Shown here piece after piece: positions 1 to 10,956 of a stretch of 64,000 nucleotides of DNA (position 1 is its first letter; each line of letters opens with the position of its first letter). The notes under the pieces were generated by a model. It was not told the DNA's origin and made no database searches. It saw only the letters and a list, made by a program, of their open reading frames with translations. A program made the translations under genes and the position numbers. The stretch lies in contig OZ241456.1 of the NCBI GenBank assembly GCA_965200875.1, positions 544,001-608,000 on the forward strand, in the 5' to 3' direction. This DNA is from Bdellovibrionales bacterium (GTDB lineage: Bacteria > Bdellovibrionota > Bdellovibrionia > Bdellovibrionales > UBA1609).

Positions 1-233
1 TCAATAGCCACTTTGTAAGCCTCTTCTCTGAGTTTATACTTGTGGATGATTCTGTAAAACTGTTCTACAGTAGGGTTTTCCCTGAATTTTTTTTTAAATA
101 GAGTGGATTCATTAGTAGCTGTTTTTCTGGAGCTTTTGGTTTTTCCTGTTCGCGGGTTATTGGAAAAATTGATGCTTTTTCTTTTGATGGTGGTTTTAAT
201 CGGTGAGGGTTTTTTTTGGACATTCTTTTTCAT
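1..233 (-). CDS. Small basic hypothetical protein; 3' end runs off the window
   Basis: Own translation of the minus strand from ATG at 233: MKKNVQKKPSP...FRENPTVEQFYRIIHKYKLREEAYKVAI, open to the edge; divergent from folD. Confidence 0.6.
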   Translation of the reverse strand, partial: MKKNVQKKPSPIKTTIKRKSINFSNNPRTGKTKSSRKTATNESTLFKKKFRENPTVEQFYRIIHKYKLREEAYKVAI

Positions 234-436
234 TACTTTTATTTATTTGTTTTTTTCCATTTGGTCAACAAAAGTTTTTTCACGAGTGACTGGATAGTTG
301 CTGGTGAAAAAGCTTTGAACATCACTTTTGATTACTTGATTTTTTGATAATTTTCCGGGAAAATAATTGCAAGGAACAAAACCCTTTGTTTTCTTGCACA
401 ATATGTCAGTGGCGGATTTCTCACAGGAAACACAAG

Positions 437-1312
437 ATGCAAATTTTAGATGGCAGATTAGTGGCTCAAAATATAAAGTCGAATTTACAGAAAAAAATCA
501 GTTTATTTTGTGAGAAAAGTAAAACACCACCAAGTTTAAGAGTGTTGGTGGTAGGTGATAACCCTGCCAGTCAGATATATGTTCGTCAAAAAATCAAATC
601 TGCAAAACTAGTGGGTATTGATTCTGAAGTATTTGCTTTTCCAGAAACTGTTTCTCTTGGAGAGTTAAAACAAACAATACAAAGTTTTAATCGGGACTCT
701 GCCGTTCATGCTGTGTTGGTTCAACTTCCTCTACCTTCGGGTTTGCCGTGGAAAGAGGTAATTTCGTACATAGATCCAAAAAAAGATCCAGATTGTTTGA
801 CGATAGAGAATCAAGGTTTGGCTTGGTCGGGTGCTCCCAGAGTTCTGCCCTGCACTCCTTCTGGTATTATGAGGTTGTTTGAGCATTATAATATTGATCT
901 TGCAGGTAAGAACGCAGTGGTGGTGGGGAGAAGCCAAATTGTGGGGCTTCCTATGGTTCAGCTTTTATTAAGAGCTAATGCGACGGTGACAGTTTGTCAT
1001 TCCTGCACAAAAGAATTATCTCAGTTTACTAGGCAGGCAGATATTGTCGTATCAGCGACAGGCTCTCCAAGATTCTTGGGAGGAGAAGACTTTAAAGAAG
1101 GTTCAGTAGTGGTGGATGTGGGTATTCATCGAGTGGAAACAAAAGGAACGGGCAAGAACAAATTAACAGGGGATGTTCGTTTTGAGGAATTAAAAAATCG
1201 GGTGGCCTTTGCCACTCCTGTGCCGGGAGGTGTGGGTCCTATGACTGTTGTCATGCTTTTGGAAAATACTTTAAAGCTGGCTGAGTGTTTGCACAAAGAA
1301 AGAGAGTATTAA
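437..1312 (+). CDS. folD: Bifunctional methylenetetrahydrofolate dehydrogenase/cyclohydrolase
   Basis: MQILDGR start, YVRQKIK, LVQLPLP, PCTP, VVVGRSQIVG, TPVPGGVGPMTV; ATG at 437 with AGGA preferred over TTG at 344. Confidence 0.97.
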   Translation: MQILDGRLVAQNIKSNLQKKISLFCEKSKTPPSLRVLVVGDNPASQIYVRQKIKSAKLVGIDSEVFAFPETVSLGELKQTIQSFNRDSAVHAVLVQLPLPSGLPWKEVISYIDPKKDPDCLTIENQGLAWSGAPRVLPCTPSGIMRLFEHYNIDLAGKNAVVVGRSQIVGLPMVQLLLRANATVTVCHSCTKELSQFTRQADIVVSATGSPRFLGGEDFKEGSVVVDVGIHRVETKGTGKNKLTGDVRFEELKNRVAFATPVPGGVGPMTVVMLLENTLKLAECLHKEREY

Positions 1313-1314
1313 AA

Positions 1315-2439
1315 ATGCTTAAGGAAACAGCTCTTGTCAATGAACACCGTCTTTTAGGTGCTAAGTTCATGAACTTTCAGGGATGGAAATTGCCTTTGGA
1401 ATTTAGTGGTTCAGTCGCAGAGCATCTGAATGTGAGAAAAAACTCAGGTCTTTTTGATGTATCTCACATGGGTGAAATTCGTGTGCGAGGAAAAAATGCT
1501 TTAAAATTTTTGGAAAAGCATTTAACAAACAATGTGTCCATTTTAAAAGAAAACCAAACACAATATAATCTTTTATGTAACAGAGAAGGTGGCATTATAG
1601 ATGATTTGATTCTCTATTGTTTTCAGGAAGGTGAAGATTATTTATTATGCGTAAATTCAGCTCGTCTGTCAGCAGATCTGGCTTGGCTCAGACAGTCTGA
1701 TTTGCCAGTGGAAGTACATGATGAAAGTGCTCAGTGGGCACAGATGGCTTTGCAAGGCCCTTCCGCGCCTGCTATACTGACTGATATGCTGAAAAACGAC
1801 TTTCATCCCGTGTCCGAAAAACCTCATTTCATAAAGGATATGAAAAAAAATCATTTTCAGTGGTTTTCTTTTTTGGGTGAATCTGTTCTGGTATCCACAA
1901 CAGGATATACAGGAGAAAAAGGTTTTGAGTTTTTGATTTCTTCCAAAAAAGCTGATAGTCTATGGAGAACCATTTTGGAACAAGGGGCAACCAGAGGTTG
2001 CTTGCCATCTGGTCTGGCTGCACGAGACACTTTACGCATGGAAATGAAATATCCTTTATATGGAAAAGATTTAAACGAAAACACAGATCCTCATTCAGCA
2101 GGACTTTCTTGGGTGGTTCGTAACTCAACAAATTTTATAGGTTCCTCAGCTCTTCTTCAAATTGCAAAAAAATTGCAAAAAAAATGGGTAGGATTTCAGC
2201 TTTTGCCAGAAACAGAGTTTGTGGGAGTGCCTCGCTTAGGTAACCGTATTTTGGTGCATGAAGTGCCTGTGGGGGAAGTTACCAGTGGTGCGAAATCCCC
2301 CAGTCTCTGTAAAATGATTGGCTTGGGATATGTTCCGGTTGAGTACTCTCGGCCAAAACAGAAAATTCAGGTGGAAATTCATCAAAATATTGTGCCGGCG
2401 GAAATTGTCGCAACACCTTTTATAAAAAAAAGGCAATGA
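1315..2439 (+). CDS. gcvT: Glycine cleavage system aminomethyltransferase T
   Basis: GLFDVSHMGEI, GGIIDD, TGYTGEKGFE, GLAARDTLRME motifs. Confidence 0.96.
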   Translation: MLKETALVNEHRLLGAKFMNFQGWKLPLEFSGSVAEHLNVRKNSGLFDVSHMGEIRVRGKNALKFLEKHLTNNVSILKENQTQYNLLCNREGGIIDDLILYCFQEGEDYLLCVNSARLSADLAWLRQSDLPVEVHDESAQWAQMALQGPSAPAILTDMLKNDFHPVSEKPHFIKDMKKNHFQWFSFLGESVLVSTTGYTGEKGFEFLISSKKADSLWRTILEQGATRGCLPSGLAARDTLRMEMKYPLYGKDLNENTDPHSAGLSWVVRNSTNFIGSSALLQIAKKLQKKWVGFQLLPETEFVGVPRLGNRILVHEVPVGEVTSGAKSPSLCKMIGLGYVPVEYSRPKQKIQVEIHQNIVPAEIVATPFIKKRQ

Positions 2440-2587
2440 GAGCGACTTTTAAGATTTTGCAGAACATAACAAGGGCAGTCGGGTTTGACCCTTTGCTCAC
2501 AATAATCAAAACACTTGCCTATATTCCAGCAATTTTGTTACTTATATAAAAATTCTTCACTTTTTTCCAAACTAAGGAGACAGTAAA

Positions 2588-4621
2588 ATGGTTGATCTTC
2601 AATTACAACTTCTTTTCCCTATTACTGGTGTTTTAGGGCTTTCTTTGGCCATTATCATTTATCGCACAATCCTTTCTTATTCCGCCGGCACGGAAAAAAT
2701 GAAAAGTATAGCCCATGAGATTGAAATGGGTGCCATGACTTTTCTGAAATCAGAATATTCAAAGTTGCTTATTTTTGTCTTGGCTGTTGCCGTGCTTTTG
2801 CTTTTTTCTTTTAATTGGCAAGCCAGCTTGTCTTTTGTCTTTGGCGCGCTTTGTTCCGGGGTGGCTGGTTTTATGGGTATGAAATCAGCCACTAAAAGCA
2901 ATGTTCGAACAGCTATGGCCGCAAAAGAAAAAGGCTTGGCTGGAGCTTTATATGTCGCTTTTAGTGGCGGGGCGGTTATGGGGCTTTCCGTGGCTAGTTT
3001 GGGTTTGCTGGGTCTTGGATTGGTGTATTGCTTTTTCAGTTCTTCTGGCGAGCAGATTACCTCTATTGTCTCCGGTTTTTCTATGGGAGCTTCCTCTATT
3101 GCTTTATTCGCGCGTATTGGTGGTGGTATATTCACAAAAGCGGCTGATGTAGGGGCAGACCTTGTGGGAAAAGTGGAAGCTGGTATTCCTGAGGATGACC
3201 CCAGAAACCCGGGAGTCATCGCGGATAATGTAGGAGATAATGTGGGAGATGTGGCCGGCATGGGAGCGGATATTTTTGAATCTTATGTAGGTGCTATGGT
3301 GGCCGGCATTACTATTGCTCTTACTATGAGTGCAAAAGTGATGGGGGAATATTTTGGAGCAGGTTTTTCTCGCAGTCTTTTAACAGTTTTTCCGTTGGTG
3401 TTGTGTATGATGGGGCTATTTTCCTCTGTAATAGGCATTTTGAGCATTAAAATATTTCAAAAGAAATCACCGGCTATGGCTTTGCTGTTTTCACAGCTTA
3501 TTGCCGGATTTATCTTTCTAGTTTTTTCAGGAGGAGTTTTATTATCCATAGAAAAAGGCTATCGTCTGTTCATAGCTGTTTGTGCGGGACAAATCGCAGG
3601 GCTTTTAATTGGAAAAATCACAGAATACTACACTTCTTCTAAACCTGTACGCCAAGTGGCGAAAGCTTCCAAAACCGGCCCGGCCACAAATATAATCTCT
3701 GGTTTTGCCTTAGGGCTTGAGTCCACTTTTTTGCCTTTAATTCTTATCGCTATGGCTATTCAATGTTCCTATTCTTTTGCGGGCTTATATGGTATTGCCA
3801 TTGCCGCGGTAGGCATGTTGGCCACTGTGGGCATTACCATGACTGTCGATGCTTATGGACCTGTAGCTGATAACGCCGGAGGAATTGCAGAAATGTCTGG
3901 TATGGGGCCAAAGGTAAGGGAAATAACAGATAATCTGGATTCCCTAGGTAATACCACTGCCGCTATTGGAAAAGGATTCGCCATTGGTTCAGCGGCCTTA
4001 ACAGCCTTGGCTTTATTTGTCGCTTTTAAAGAGGCTGTAAGCTCCAGTTCTGCGCAGGAAATCACTATGAGTTTGAGTCAGCCTTCTGTGGTAATGGGCC
4101 TTTTTCTGGGTTCAGCAATGGTGGTTATATCAGCCAGCTTAACATTGAAATCTGTTGGTCGGACAGCCGGGAAAATGGTGGATGAAATTCGCCGGCAGTT
4201 CAAAGAAATCACCGGGTTATTGGAAGGAAAAGCCAAACCGGACACCAGCCGGTGCGTGAATATCGCCACTAATGCCTCTCTTAAAGAAATGATTTTACCA
4301 GGTGTTATTGCTATTCTTTTTCCCATTGTGGTTGGTTTTACTATGGGTCCTGAAACCTTAAGTGGAGCTTTAGCGGGAGCTTTATTGACAGGTGTGACTT
4401 TGGCTCTGCTTATGGCCAACGCAGGAGGTGCTTGGGATAATGCAAAAAAGTTTATTGAAAAAGGTCAGCTGGAAGGAGCAAAAAAAGGTGGTGAAGCTCA
4501 TTCCGCCTCTGTTATCGGAGACACAGTAGGAGACCCTTTTAAAGACACCACCGGGCCTGCGATGAATATTTTAATTAAATTGCTTTCCATAGTGGCATTA
4601 ATTATAGCCCCTTTTCTTTGA
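2588..4621 (+). CDS. hppA: Membrane-integral ion-translocating pyrophosphatase, K+-dependent type (probably Na+-translocating)
   Basis: [55 protein letters not shown] carries the Ala of the K+-dependent signature. Confidence 0.96.
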   Translation: MVDLQLQLLFPITGVLGLSLAIIIYRTILSYSAGTEKMKSIAHEIEMGAMTFLKSEYSKLLIFVLAVAVLLLFSFNWQASLSFVFGALCSGVAGFMGMKSATKSNVRTAMAAKEKGLAGALYVAFSGGAVMGLSVASLGLLGLGLVYCFFSSSGEQITSIVSGFSMGASSIALFARIGGGIFTKAADVGADLVGKVEAGIPEDDPRNPGVIADNVGDNVGDVAGMGADIFESYVGAMVAGITIALTMSAKVMGEYFGAGFSRSLLTVFPLVLCMMGLFSSVIGILSIKIFQKKSPAMALLFSQLIAGFIFLVFSGGVLLSIEKGYRLFIAVCAGQIAGLLIGKITEYYTSSKPVRQVAKASKTGPATNIISGFALGLESTFLPLILIAMAIQCSYSFAGLYGIAIAAVGMLATVGITMTVDAYGPVADNAGGIAEMSGMGPKVREITDNLDSLGNTTAAIGKGFAIGSAALTALALFVAFKEAVSSSSAQEITMSLSQPSVVMGLFLGSAMVVISASLTLKSVGRTAGKMVDEIRRQFKEITGLLEGKAKPDTSRCVNIATNASLKEMILPGVIAILFPIVVGFTMGPETLSGALAGALLTGVTLALLMANAGGAWDNAKKFIEKGQLEGAKKGGEAHSASVIGDTVGDPFKDTTGPAMNILIKLLSIVALIIAPFL

Positions 4622-5919
4622 GAAGTGGGTTTTATCAACCAGTAAGTGAGAGTCATTTGTCATCATCACCTTCTTCTCGTTTTCGTGCTTTATCTCTTGT
4701 TTTTTCTATTGTTCTCTTGGAATTTACCGCTTTTGGCATGATCATTCCTTTAAGTCCCTACCTAGCCAGGGATTTTGGAGCAGATGATCTGCAAGTGGGT
4801 CTTCTGATGAGTGTTTATTCCCTAGCCCAGCTGATTTTCGCACCACTTTGGGGGTACTTAAGCGATCGATTAGGCAGAAGACCCATTATTTTAATTTGTC
4901 TTATTGGTTCTTCTTTTTTTTATCTATGGTTTGCCTTTGCTCACACTTTGGGCACTTTGTTTTTAACTCGTATATTGGCGGGAGCTTTTGGGGCTGTTAT
5001 GTCTGTTGCTATGGCCTGTATTGCGGATATAACAGGAGAAAAAGAGAGATCCAAAAACATGGGTTTGGTGGGAGCTGGCATAGGTTTGGGTTTTATAATT
5101 GGTCCTCTTTTAGGGGGAGTTTTTGGGCTTTTGGGTAATTATTTTGGCACTTCCCCCCCTTTTGGTTCCAACTTTTCCGCCTTTGGAGCTTTTCTTGTCT
5201 GTGTGCTGAATCTTGCCATTACTTTTTTCTTTTTAAAAGAAAGTTTTACAAAATCGGATACAGGTTTTTTGTCCTTCAGAAATATTTTTTCCAATTTTAA
5301 AAAAATACATAAATCCCGAATAAAAAGTTTAACACGAGCTATTCATGCCCCAGTATTGAAGCAGGTTTTATTTATGTATTTTCTGTTAACACTGGCTTTG
5401 GCAGGAATTGAAGCTTCTTTATTTTTATATGTGAGGGATAAACTTTCTTGGTCTCACTTTCCTTCCAGTATTGGGTTCACTTATATAGGTTTAATGCTGG
5501 TTTTGACACAGGGTTTTTTGGTCAGAAAGCTGATACCGTTTTTTGGAGAGAACAAAACAGCTATTTGGGGATTTATTATAGCAGGGATAGGCTTTGCCGG
5601 TGTGGGCTTGACAAACTGGCTTTGGTTTTTAACTGTCAGTGTGACACTTTTATGTGTTGGTTATGGCCTGGCCAGCACTTGTCTTTCAGGGGCTTTAAGC
5701 CTTTTAACGAGTAAAAATCAGCAAGGAGGAATTTTTGGTGCTCAACAAAGCTTATTCTCGATGGCACGTATTACAGGGCCTGCTTTGGGAGGATGGTTTT
5801 ACAGGGACTTAAGCCCCTCTGCTCCTTTTTATGTATCTGGTTTACTGGCTTTGGTCGCCTTATGGGTTTGTTTCAGCTTAAAAGGAAGGTTTCCCCAAAA
5901 AGGAAAGCACAAAACTTAA
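4618..5919 (+). CDS. MFS transporter, TetA/DHA1-like efflux family
   Basis: About 12 hydrophobic segments; motif [22 protein letters not shown]. Confidence 0.9.
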   Translation: MRSGFYQPVSESHLSSSPSSRFRALSLVFSIVLLEFTAFGMIIPLSPYLARDFGADDLQVGLLMSVYSLAQLIFAPLWGYLSDRLGRRPIILICLIGSSFFYLWFAFAHTLGTLFLTRILAGAFGAVMSVAMACIADITGEKERSKNMGLVGAGIGLGFIIGPLLGGVFGLLGNYFGTSPPFGSNFSAFGAFLVCVLNLAITFFFLKESFTKSDTGFLSFRNIFSNFKKIHKSRIKSLTRAIHAPVLKQVLFMYFLLTLALAGIEASLFLYVRDKLSWSHFPSSIGFTYIGLMLVLTQGFLVRKLIPFFGENKTAIWGFIIAGIGFAGVGLTNWLWFLTVSVTLLCVGYGLASTCLSGALSLLTSKNQQGGIFGAQQSLFSMARITGPALGGWFYRDLSPSAPFYVSGLLALVALWVCFSLKGRFPQKGKHKT

Positions 5920-5937
5920 CAACAAAGGAGTATTGCT

Positions 5938-6756
5938 TTGAACTTGCATTTGCCGGATACATTCCAATCTTACAAACCTAATGTGGTTTTTAACACGGAT
6001 TCAGAAAATTTTACGGTTAAAACTGCAGAAACACCAGAAGAGCTGTTGGGGGCTTTTCGTTTGCGAAACAGTGTATTTTATGAGGAGTGGACAGGTAAAT
6101 CGTCTGAGTCTGGTCTGGATATTGATAAATATGACCCTCAATCTGATCATCTTATAGTCATCCAAAAAAAAAGCCAGCAAGTTGTGGGCACTTATCGTTT
6201 AAGTTCCACTAAATTCAATAGTCATTTCTACACTTCGGAGTTTTTCAACATAACTTCTTTTTTAAACAAAAACGCCAGTCATAAAGTGGAAATGGGAAGA
6301 GCTTGTACCCATAAAAGTTTAAGGGGAAGCCAGGCTATTCATCACATCTGGCTGGGTTTGGCCAAATATTTCCGGCACACTTTTTCCCGATATATGTTCG
6401 GGAGTGTAAGTATAGTGAACACTTCTCCAGAATATGTGGCCGGGGTGTATAAAGCTTTTTTGAAAAAAGAAATGATTGATCAAAAAATACCCATACCACC
6501 TCAGGAAAAATTTAAAATAGCCGGGTTTGATAATTTACTGTCTAAAGTGACAGGGGATGAAAAAAATCTCTTAAAAATTCCGCGTATTTTTTTATGGTAC
6601 TTGAGTTTGGGGGCTAAAATACATGGCTTGCCAGTATATGATCCTGAGTTTGGTTCTTATGATTTTTTTATTACACTGGATTTTAAAAATATCGGAAACC
6701 CGAAACTGGTTAATCGATATGAAGATGCTGTTTATTTGAAAAACAAACTTCCTTAA
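5938..6756 (+). CDS. GNAT-family acyltransferase, OlsB-like (amino-lipid synthesis / hemolysin-like)
   Basis: AFRLRNSVFYEE, DIDKYD..SDHL, VVGTYRL, VEMGRAC, YMFGSVSI, YDPEFG. Confidence 0.8.
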   Translation: MNLHLPDTFQSYKPNVVFNTDSENFTVKTAETPEELLGAFRLRNSVFYEEWTGKSSESGLDIDKYDPQSDHLIVIQKKSQQVVGTYRLSSTKFNSHFYTSEFFNITSFLNKNASHKVEMGRACTHKSLRGSQAIHHIWLGLAKYFRHTFSRYMFGSVSIVNTSPEYVAGVYKAFLKKEMIDQKIPIPPQEKFKIAGFDNLLSKVTGDEKNLLKIPRIFLWYLSLGAKIHGLPVYDPEFGSYDFFITLDFKNIGNPKLVNRYEDAVYLKNKLP

Positions 6757-6771
6757 TATGAGGAGGTATTT

Positions 6772-7119
6772 ATGCGAAACTCTTGGATGATGATTGCGGT
6801 TTTAGGTTTTTCCCTTTCGGCTTTAATTTCCTGTTCAAGTGATGATGTAGCATCTGATTTAAAGGATGTAGAACCAGAAACCGTAGTGCCTAACGCAGTC
6901 GTGGCTACTGACAATTCTGCAAACTCTGTGGAAACTCAAGAGACAGTCGCAGGCGCGTCAGAACATTGGATACTTTCCGTGCCCTTTCGAAAAATTGAGA
7001 TAGGAAATTTTGTAATGGGCAGTCCTTTAGACGAAAACTTAAGGGATGATGAAGACCAACAACAAGTTAAAATTACCAAGCCTTTTGAGATAGGTTTCCG
7101 CCTTGTAAGAACACTTTAA
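6772..7119 (+). pseudogene. Lipoprotein with an internally deleted FGE-sulfatase (SUMF1) domain
   Basis: Lipobox LISC; domain start GNFVMGS...VKITKPFEIG is joined directly to the domain end GFRLVR. Confidence 0.7.
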
Positions 7120-8408
7120 TGACGCTCTCTGATATCATCCGCGATCACATCGTGGCCCAGCCAACAAACGGCTTGGTTTATTTTTGACATTTCCTGAAAT
7201 ATTAAGTTGCCACAGCTGTTGAATAAAACTTCACTTAAAAAAGGTGTAATGCTATGGCCTGGATCTTTATGGAGTGTGGAAAGTTTTTTTGAAGTGTCGA
7301 GCATTATTTCCATTTGTTCTTTGCTGTTATGTTGAGGCCATTTTTCAAACACAGATTGTTTTTTTACTTCTTCAGATTCAAAATATTTTTTTGTTGTGTC
7401 CATGATAATATTAAAAGCCCCGTTCTGCATTTTTTCCAAGCATTGAGATACAATTTCCGCGCCTTTTGAGCCTCCTTGTTTTTTTAGAGCACCTAAAATA
7501 GTGTACAAGGGAATCTCCACTCCCGGAAAAACCGCGCTGGACTTAGTAAGTATTTCTGGCACATTAAAAACGCAAGTGTGTACGCCTTCATTAAAAAATG
7601 CTTTGGAAAATTTTTCCAACTCAAGCTTTGCAAAACCCTGTAAATAAGGAGAGTAGCTTTGCCATTGGTATTTCTCCCCCATTAGGGTTTCTGTGCCATG
7701 ATAGCTATAGGCTGTGTAAAACACTTTCCGGCTGGTTTTGTTTAGTTGTTTTCTGAGAGTGGCACTTGACTCAATAAGGTGTTTGTAGGTCTGGGCGGTT
7801 ACTTCATTAAAATTTTTTTCGCAAAGCCAACCCATGTCTGACTTCCAGAAAATTTCAGAAGGAAAAAACCGTTTTCCCACTCCTTTAAGCACACGATTAA
7901 GTGCCGGTAGGAAAATTTTGGCACGAGGTACGCCTCCCGCCATAGTGTGAGCGATAAGGACATTGCCTTTATCCGGCAGTTTTTGTGAAAGCTCTTTCAC
8001 CCACTTATTGGTTCTTTCTTTAAAAGCCCGGCCTGCGTTTTTTCTTGCAGATTCCATCATATTTTTATCCATCTCAGCTTTATCCCAGCTGTTTAAGGGA
8101 ATTTTTTTTAAGAGATCAATAGGGCGTTTGCCGGAGTCGGCGGGTTCCATATCAAATCCTGCTTCCAAAGGAACATTGATAAAAGGTTCTGGTTGAGATT
8201 CCAGCTCCTGTTCATTGAGTGCTCTAAGTGTTCCGTCCGGGTTGCGTCTTCCCACTGTGGAGTAAATAATTTTCATTCCCTTGGATTGGGCCAATCGAAT
8301 CAACCCACTGACATACCCCCCTGCGAAAACCTCTCCAAAAATTACCAGAGTGTCTTCATTGGTAAAATTAATGTCTTTTATTTCCCTTATGGCTTTCATG
8401 TTATCCAT
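7116..8408 (-). CDS. fabMG: Enoyl-ACP reductase, FabMG family
   Basis: LVIFGEVFAGGY, STVGRR, PLEAGFD, HTMAGGVPRAK, YHGTE, WQSYSPYLQGFAK match the family as recalled. Confidence 0.8.
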   Translation of the reverse strand: MDNMKAIREIKDINFTNEDTLVIFGEVFAGGYVSGLIRLAQSKGMKIIYSTVGRRNPDGTLRALNEQELESQPEPFINVPLEAGFDMEPADSGKRPIDLLKKIPLNSWDKAEMDKNMMESARKNAGRAFKERTNKWVKELSQKLPDKGNVLIAHTMAGGVPRAKIFLPALNRVLKGVGKRFFPSEIFWKSDMGWLCEKNFNEVTAQTYKHLIESSATLRKQLNKTSRKVFYTAYSYHGTETLMGEKYQWQSYSPYLQGFAKLELEKFSKAFFNEGVHTCVFNVPEILTKSSAVFPGVEIPLYTILGALKKQGGSKGAEIVSQCLEKMQNGAFNIIMDTTKKYFESEEVKKQSVFEKWPQHNSKEQMEIMLDTSKKLSTLHKDPGHSITPFLSEVLFNSCGNLIFQEMSKINQAVCWLGHDVIADDIRERH

Positions 8409-8630
8409 CCTTTGTACTATGGTTTTGGTTTTGTTATTACCTGCTTGATTTTTCAGGAAAACACAGTTTTTTTATAACCTCTTGCAATTATTTTCTGAAC
8501 ATTTTATCAAAAAATCAATGTTTCTTTTTAAGCAATCTAGTCAAAAAAGTGTAAAATAAAAAATTAATGTTGAGCTTTGTTTTTAAAAAGTGTAATTTTT
8601 AGAGCATAAATCAGGAAAGAAGGTGCACGA

Positions 8631-10238
8631 ATGGTTAATATCTTAATTGGACTAGGAGCAGGTTTTGGAGTCGGTTCAGGTATCTCTTGGCTTATCAACA
8701 CATTGTTAAAAAAACAAAAAATCCACCAAACAAAACAGGAAGCCCAGCACATCATACAAAAAGTGAAAGACACAGAAGAGTACAATCGAGAACTGATTTT
8801 AAACAAAGTGGAGGAATATAAACTTTCCCTAGTTCAAAAACAAGAGAAGGAAGTGGAAATCTTATCTAAAGCTCATCGAAAGTTGCAAATGGATATAGAA
8901 CAAATCACCCAACAAACAGAAGAAGAGCTTGGTAAACTGGAAAAATTCAAAATGAAACACACCACTGAGGCTAAAGTCGTATTAAAAGTCAATGAGAAAA
9001 AAGCAAACGAGCTTAAGCAGATAAAAAATCATTTAAAGGAAACTCAAAAGCAAATTATACAAATCCTGACGGATAAATTTCAGATAAATGTGGAAAACCT
9101 GAAGTCACATACAAAGAACATGGAAATAGAACATGCAAAAACGCAAATGTTTCAGCAAATAAAAGAACAAGAGGAAGATTTCAAACATAACATAAACCAA
9201 TCCGCATATTTTATTTTGGAGTTGGCTCTTAATCGTTTTCAGCACCCTTATTGTTCGGAAAGAGGTATAAAAAATGTTAATTTCAGAAGTCAAAATGATA
9301 TAGACAATCTATTGGGACCGGATTTTTCAAAACTGAGAATTTTGGAAAAAGAATGTGGAGTGGATATGAAAGTCAGCGATAATGATACCACTGTCAACAT
9401 TTTAGGCATTGATCCCGTTAGAAAAGAATTAGGAAGAGCATCTTTACAAAGAATGTTCAGGAGAAAACCGCTTAAAGAAAATGAAATTAAGAAACTTGTA
9501 AAAGACACAAAAAAAAATCTGTTTCGTCAAATTAAAAATGATGGAGAAAAAATTTGCCATGTGCTCAATTTAAAAAATGTCAAAACAGAAGTAAAGAATA
9601 TGATGGGCGCTCTGAGGTATCGATATTCCTTCGCACAAAATCAATATTTTCACTGTCAGGAGGTGGGGTGGCTTTGTGGGCTTTTAAACGCAGAGTTGGG
9701 AGAACCGCTATTTCCTGCGCGTCGAGCAGGAATGCTTCATGATATTGGAAAAGCAATGGATCACTCAAAAGAAGGAGGACATGCTGTTATTGGGGCAGAT
9801 TTTATAGAAACCCACGGTGAAGATGTCTCCGTTGTTCACGCAGTAAAAGCACATCATTATGATGTCACCCCTCATCAACCGCTTGATTTTTTAGTTATTG
9901 CCGCTGATGCCCTTTCAGGTGCCCGGCCAGGAGCAAGACGCTCCACTGAAGATTCCTATAACCAAAAAGTTCTTACCTTGGAAAAAATCGGCAGAAGTTT
10001 TACAGGAGTAAAAGACACTTACATTATGAGCGCGGGCAGAGAGATTCGAGTAATAGTGGACAGCACAAAAATTAACGATGTAAAAGCCTTAGAATTAAGT
10101 AAAAAGATAGCTCGTAAAATCGAAGAGGAATGTTCCTATCCAGGTCTGATAAAAGTGACCGTAGTAAGAACAGTCACTAAAACTGTTAATAATAACAGGG
10201 GATTTAATAACAGGGGATTTAACAAAACTTCTTTTTAA
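8631..10238 (+). CDS. rny: Ribonuclease Y
   Basis: N-terminal TM anchor, coiled coil, KH-like region, HD domain AGMLHDIGK, AADALSGARPGARR, AGREIRVIV, YPGLIKVTVVR. Confidence 0.93.
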   Translation: MVNILIGLGAGFGVGSGISWLINTLLKKQKIHQTKQEAQHIIQKVKDTEEYNRELILNKVEEYKLSLVQKQEKEVEILSKAHRKLQMDIEQITQQTEEELGKLEKFKMKHTTEAKVVLKVNEKKANELKQIKNHLKETQKQIIQILTDKFQINVENLKSHTKNMEIEHAKTQMFQQIKEQEEDFKHNINQSAYFILELALNRFQHPYCSERGIKNVNFRSQNDIDNLLGPDFSKLRILEKECGVDMKVSDNDTTVNILGIDPVRKELGRASLQRMFRRKPLKENEIKKLVKDTKKNLFRQIKNDGEKICHVLNLKNVKTEVKNMMGALRYRYSFAQNQYFHCQEVGWLCGLLNAELGEPLFPARRAGMLHDIGKAMDHSKEGGHAVIGADFIETHGEDVSVVHAVKAHHYDVTPHQPLDFLVIAADALSGARPGARRSTEDSYNQKVLTLEKIGRSFTGVKDTYIMSAGREIRVIVDSTKINDVKALELSKKIARKIEEECSYPGLIKVTVVRTVTKTVNNNRGFNNRGFNKTSF

Positions 10239-10342
10239 AGACAGATGATAAATTAAATGTAATCGCTCCTTGTAAAACAGACTTTTTTCATCTGTGACTC
10301 ATGGAAATTTATTGGAAAAACAGGAAAAACAATAGAAAAACA

Positions 10343-10870
10343 ATGGAAACGACAAAAAAAATACTGATAGATAAAATTAAAAACAAAGCTCTTTTAAAAG
10401 GTCACTTTATTTTACGCTCTGGCCAGAGTGCCACTGAATATTTCGATAAATACCTGTTTGAATCTTCTCCTCTTTTACTAAAAGAAATTGCCCGTCATTT
10501 AAAACAGCAGATTCCCTCTACCACAGAAATCCTAGCAGGATTGGAAATGGGAGGTATCCCTTTGGCCACGGCTTTGTCTTTGGAAAGTCAACTCCCTTGT
10601 GTTTTTGTTAGAAAAAAAGCAAAAGAATATGGCACAAAAAAAACCACAGAAGGTTGTTCCATTCAAAATAAAAAAGTTTGTGTAGTGGAGGATGTTATTA
10701 CCACAGGAGGGCAGGTTATAATGAGCGTTCAAGCCATGAGGGAAGAAGGAGCTTTAATCAGTGATGTGATTTGCGTAATTTATAGAGGAAAAGAAGATTC
10801 TCTGGCAAAACTTCAAAATGTTGACTTAAATCTGCACCCTCTTTTTACTTGGAATAAAACCTCTAACTGA
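10343..10870 (+). CDS. pyrE: Orotate phosphoribosyltransferase
   Basis: GHFILRSG, YFDKY, FVRKKAKEYGT, VVEDVITTGG PRPP motif; alternative start at 10301. Confidence 0.95.
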   Translation: METTKKILIDKIKNKALLKGHFILRSGQSATEYFDKYLFESSPLLLKEIARHLKQQIPSTTEILAGLEMGGIPLATALSLESQLPCVFVRKKAKEYGTKKTTEGCSIQNKKVCVVEDVITTGGQVIMSVQAMREEGALISDVICVIYRGKEDSLAKLQNVDLNLHPLFTWNKTSN

Positions 10871-10956
10871 ATCCCTGAGTGGTGAAGTATTGGTAAAGAG
10901 CATTCCCGCACTAAACAGACTTTTTTCCCGGACCACTCACTATTTACGAGCAAGAA

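Noticed and set aside
103..297. 64-aa hydrophobic ORF on the + strand
   Set aside because: Antisense shadow of the Lys-rich minus-strand gene starting at 233
2677..4419. Several minus-strand ORFs within hppA
   Set aside because: Typical antisense shadows of a conserved gene
10189..10223. 15-bp tandem duplication (NNRGF twice) at the end of rny
   Set aside because: Small slippage event in a disordered tail
10876..10939. TGAGTGGT...ACCACTCA stem and a GGTGAAGTATTGGTAAAGAGC motif resembling 39200-39220 and 20916-20930
   Set aside because: Matches are too short to support a defined element or terminator
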